Part shown: piece by piece, positions 63,335 through 64,000 of the stretch | Layout: each line of letters opens with the position of its first letter | Numbering within the stretch: the first letter of the stretch is position 1 | Virus record (IMG/VR): IMGVR_UViG_3300043418_000114 | Location: 248,001 to 312,000 of that record | Reading direction: 5' to 3' (one strand) | Length of the DNA: 64,000 bases | Notes under the pieces: model-generated | The model's input: the letters and a program-made list of their open reading frames with translations, nothing else | What the model was told of the DNA's origin: nothing | The model's database searches: none | Program-made: the position numbers and the translations under genes

Positions 63335-64000
63335 ATGGCAAACAGAATTAGAACACTAAACTTTCTTCCAGAGATTTTTCAAACACCTACTAACGCTCAA
63401 TTTTTGAGTGCGACATTAGATCAATTAGTCGATCAGCCGAATGTGGCTAGAATGCAGGGATTTATTGGCAGTAAGTTTGGTTATGGTATCAATGCAAAAG
63501 ATTATTATGTAACTGAGCCTACAAAGGTTCGTACTGATTATCAATTGGAACCTGGCGTTGTTTTCACTAAAGCAAATGAAACAACAGCACAAGACTTCAT
63601 CAGCTATCCAGGCATTGTTGATGCATTGAAACTAGAAGGCGGTGTTACTAATAATAACAATCGTCTATTCAATAGTCAATTCTATTCATGGGATTCGTTT
63701 ACGGACCTAGATAAGATCATTAACTTTAACCAGTACTACTGGTTGCCAGAAGGTGCACCAAGTGTTAACGTTTCCAACAGTGTAGTGTACAACGCTACAG
63801 ACTACATTGTTACTAACTTAGCTAACGAGTATCTAATCTCTAGTCCTGCAAACATTCAGGGCGATATTAACCCTACGCTAACACTCTTGCGCGGCGGCAC
63901 TTACTCATTCACCGTATCACAACCAAGTCAGTTTTGGATTCAAGGCGCTCCTGGTGTAACCGGTTTCAGCCCAACACAACCTAACGTACAAACACGTGAC
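63335..64000 (+). CDS. large virion/baseplate protein, 3'-truncated by the window edge (not in the ORF track)
   Basis: MANRIRTLNFLPEIFQTPTNAQFLSATLDQL...; the frame stays open to the window end. Confidence 0.8.
   Translation, partial: MANRIRTLNFLPEIFQTPTNAQFLSATLDQLVDQPNVARMQGFIGSKFGYGINAKDYYVTEPTKVRTDYQLEPGVVFTKANETTAQDFISYPGIVDALKLEGGVTNNNNRLFNSQFYSWDSFTDLDKIINFNQYYWLPEGAPSVNVSNSVVYNATDYIVTNLANEYLISSPANIQGDINPTLTLLRGGTYSFTVSQPSQFWIQGAPGVTGFSPTQPNVQTRD

Noticed and set aside
1-64000. Stop-codon reassignment, as in some large phages
   Set aside because: Conserved genes are full length under the standard code, and TAA, TGA and TAG all occur as real stops.
1-64000. tRNA genes or CRISPR arrays
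   Set aside because: All intergenic gaps were read. None contains a cloverleaf or regularly spaced direct repeats.

Overview
A 64 kb segment of a large T4-related (jumbo-type) contractile-tailed dsDNA phage genome in the standard genetic code. I found no tRNA, CRISPR array, intron or transposon. In order, the window holds: (1) a tightly coupled accessory operon (FabF-like ketosynthase, GT8-like glycosyltransferase, SDR reductase, PP-loop protein, methyltransferase); (2) rubrerythrin, a 42-aa rubredoxin missed by the ORF track, MetK, a SleB-like wall hydrolase, a PAAR spike tip and class Ia NrdAB with glutaredoxin; (3) about 17.5 kb of paralogous Gly/Asn/Thr-rich fibre-like virion genes; (4) a small accessory island; (5) the head module (major capsid, scaffold, protease, core proteins, portal) and a tape-measure-like gene with an M15-type peptidase domain; (6) a gp26-like gene with a candidate -1 frameshift into a gp51-like frame; (7) a 600-bp non-coding stretch with a strand-specific, multi-hairpin RNA-like element next to an AT-rich tract; (8) a resolvase, gp46/gp47 and the gp55-like late sigma factor; (9) the baseplate module (gp48/54-, gp53-, gp27-, gp5-, gp25-, gp6-like and a truncated large gene). 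The best candidates for something undescribed are the structured non-coding element at about 45.56-45.93 kb, the -1 frameshift at 45113-45119, the acyl/glycosyl biosynthetic operon and the apparently leaderless late mRNAs. All family assignments come from motif recognition by eye, not from database searches.
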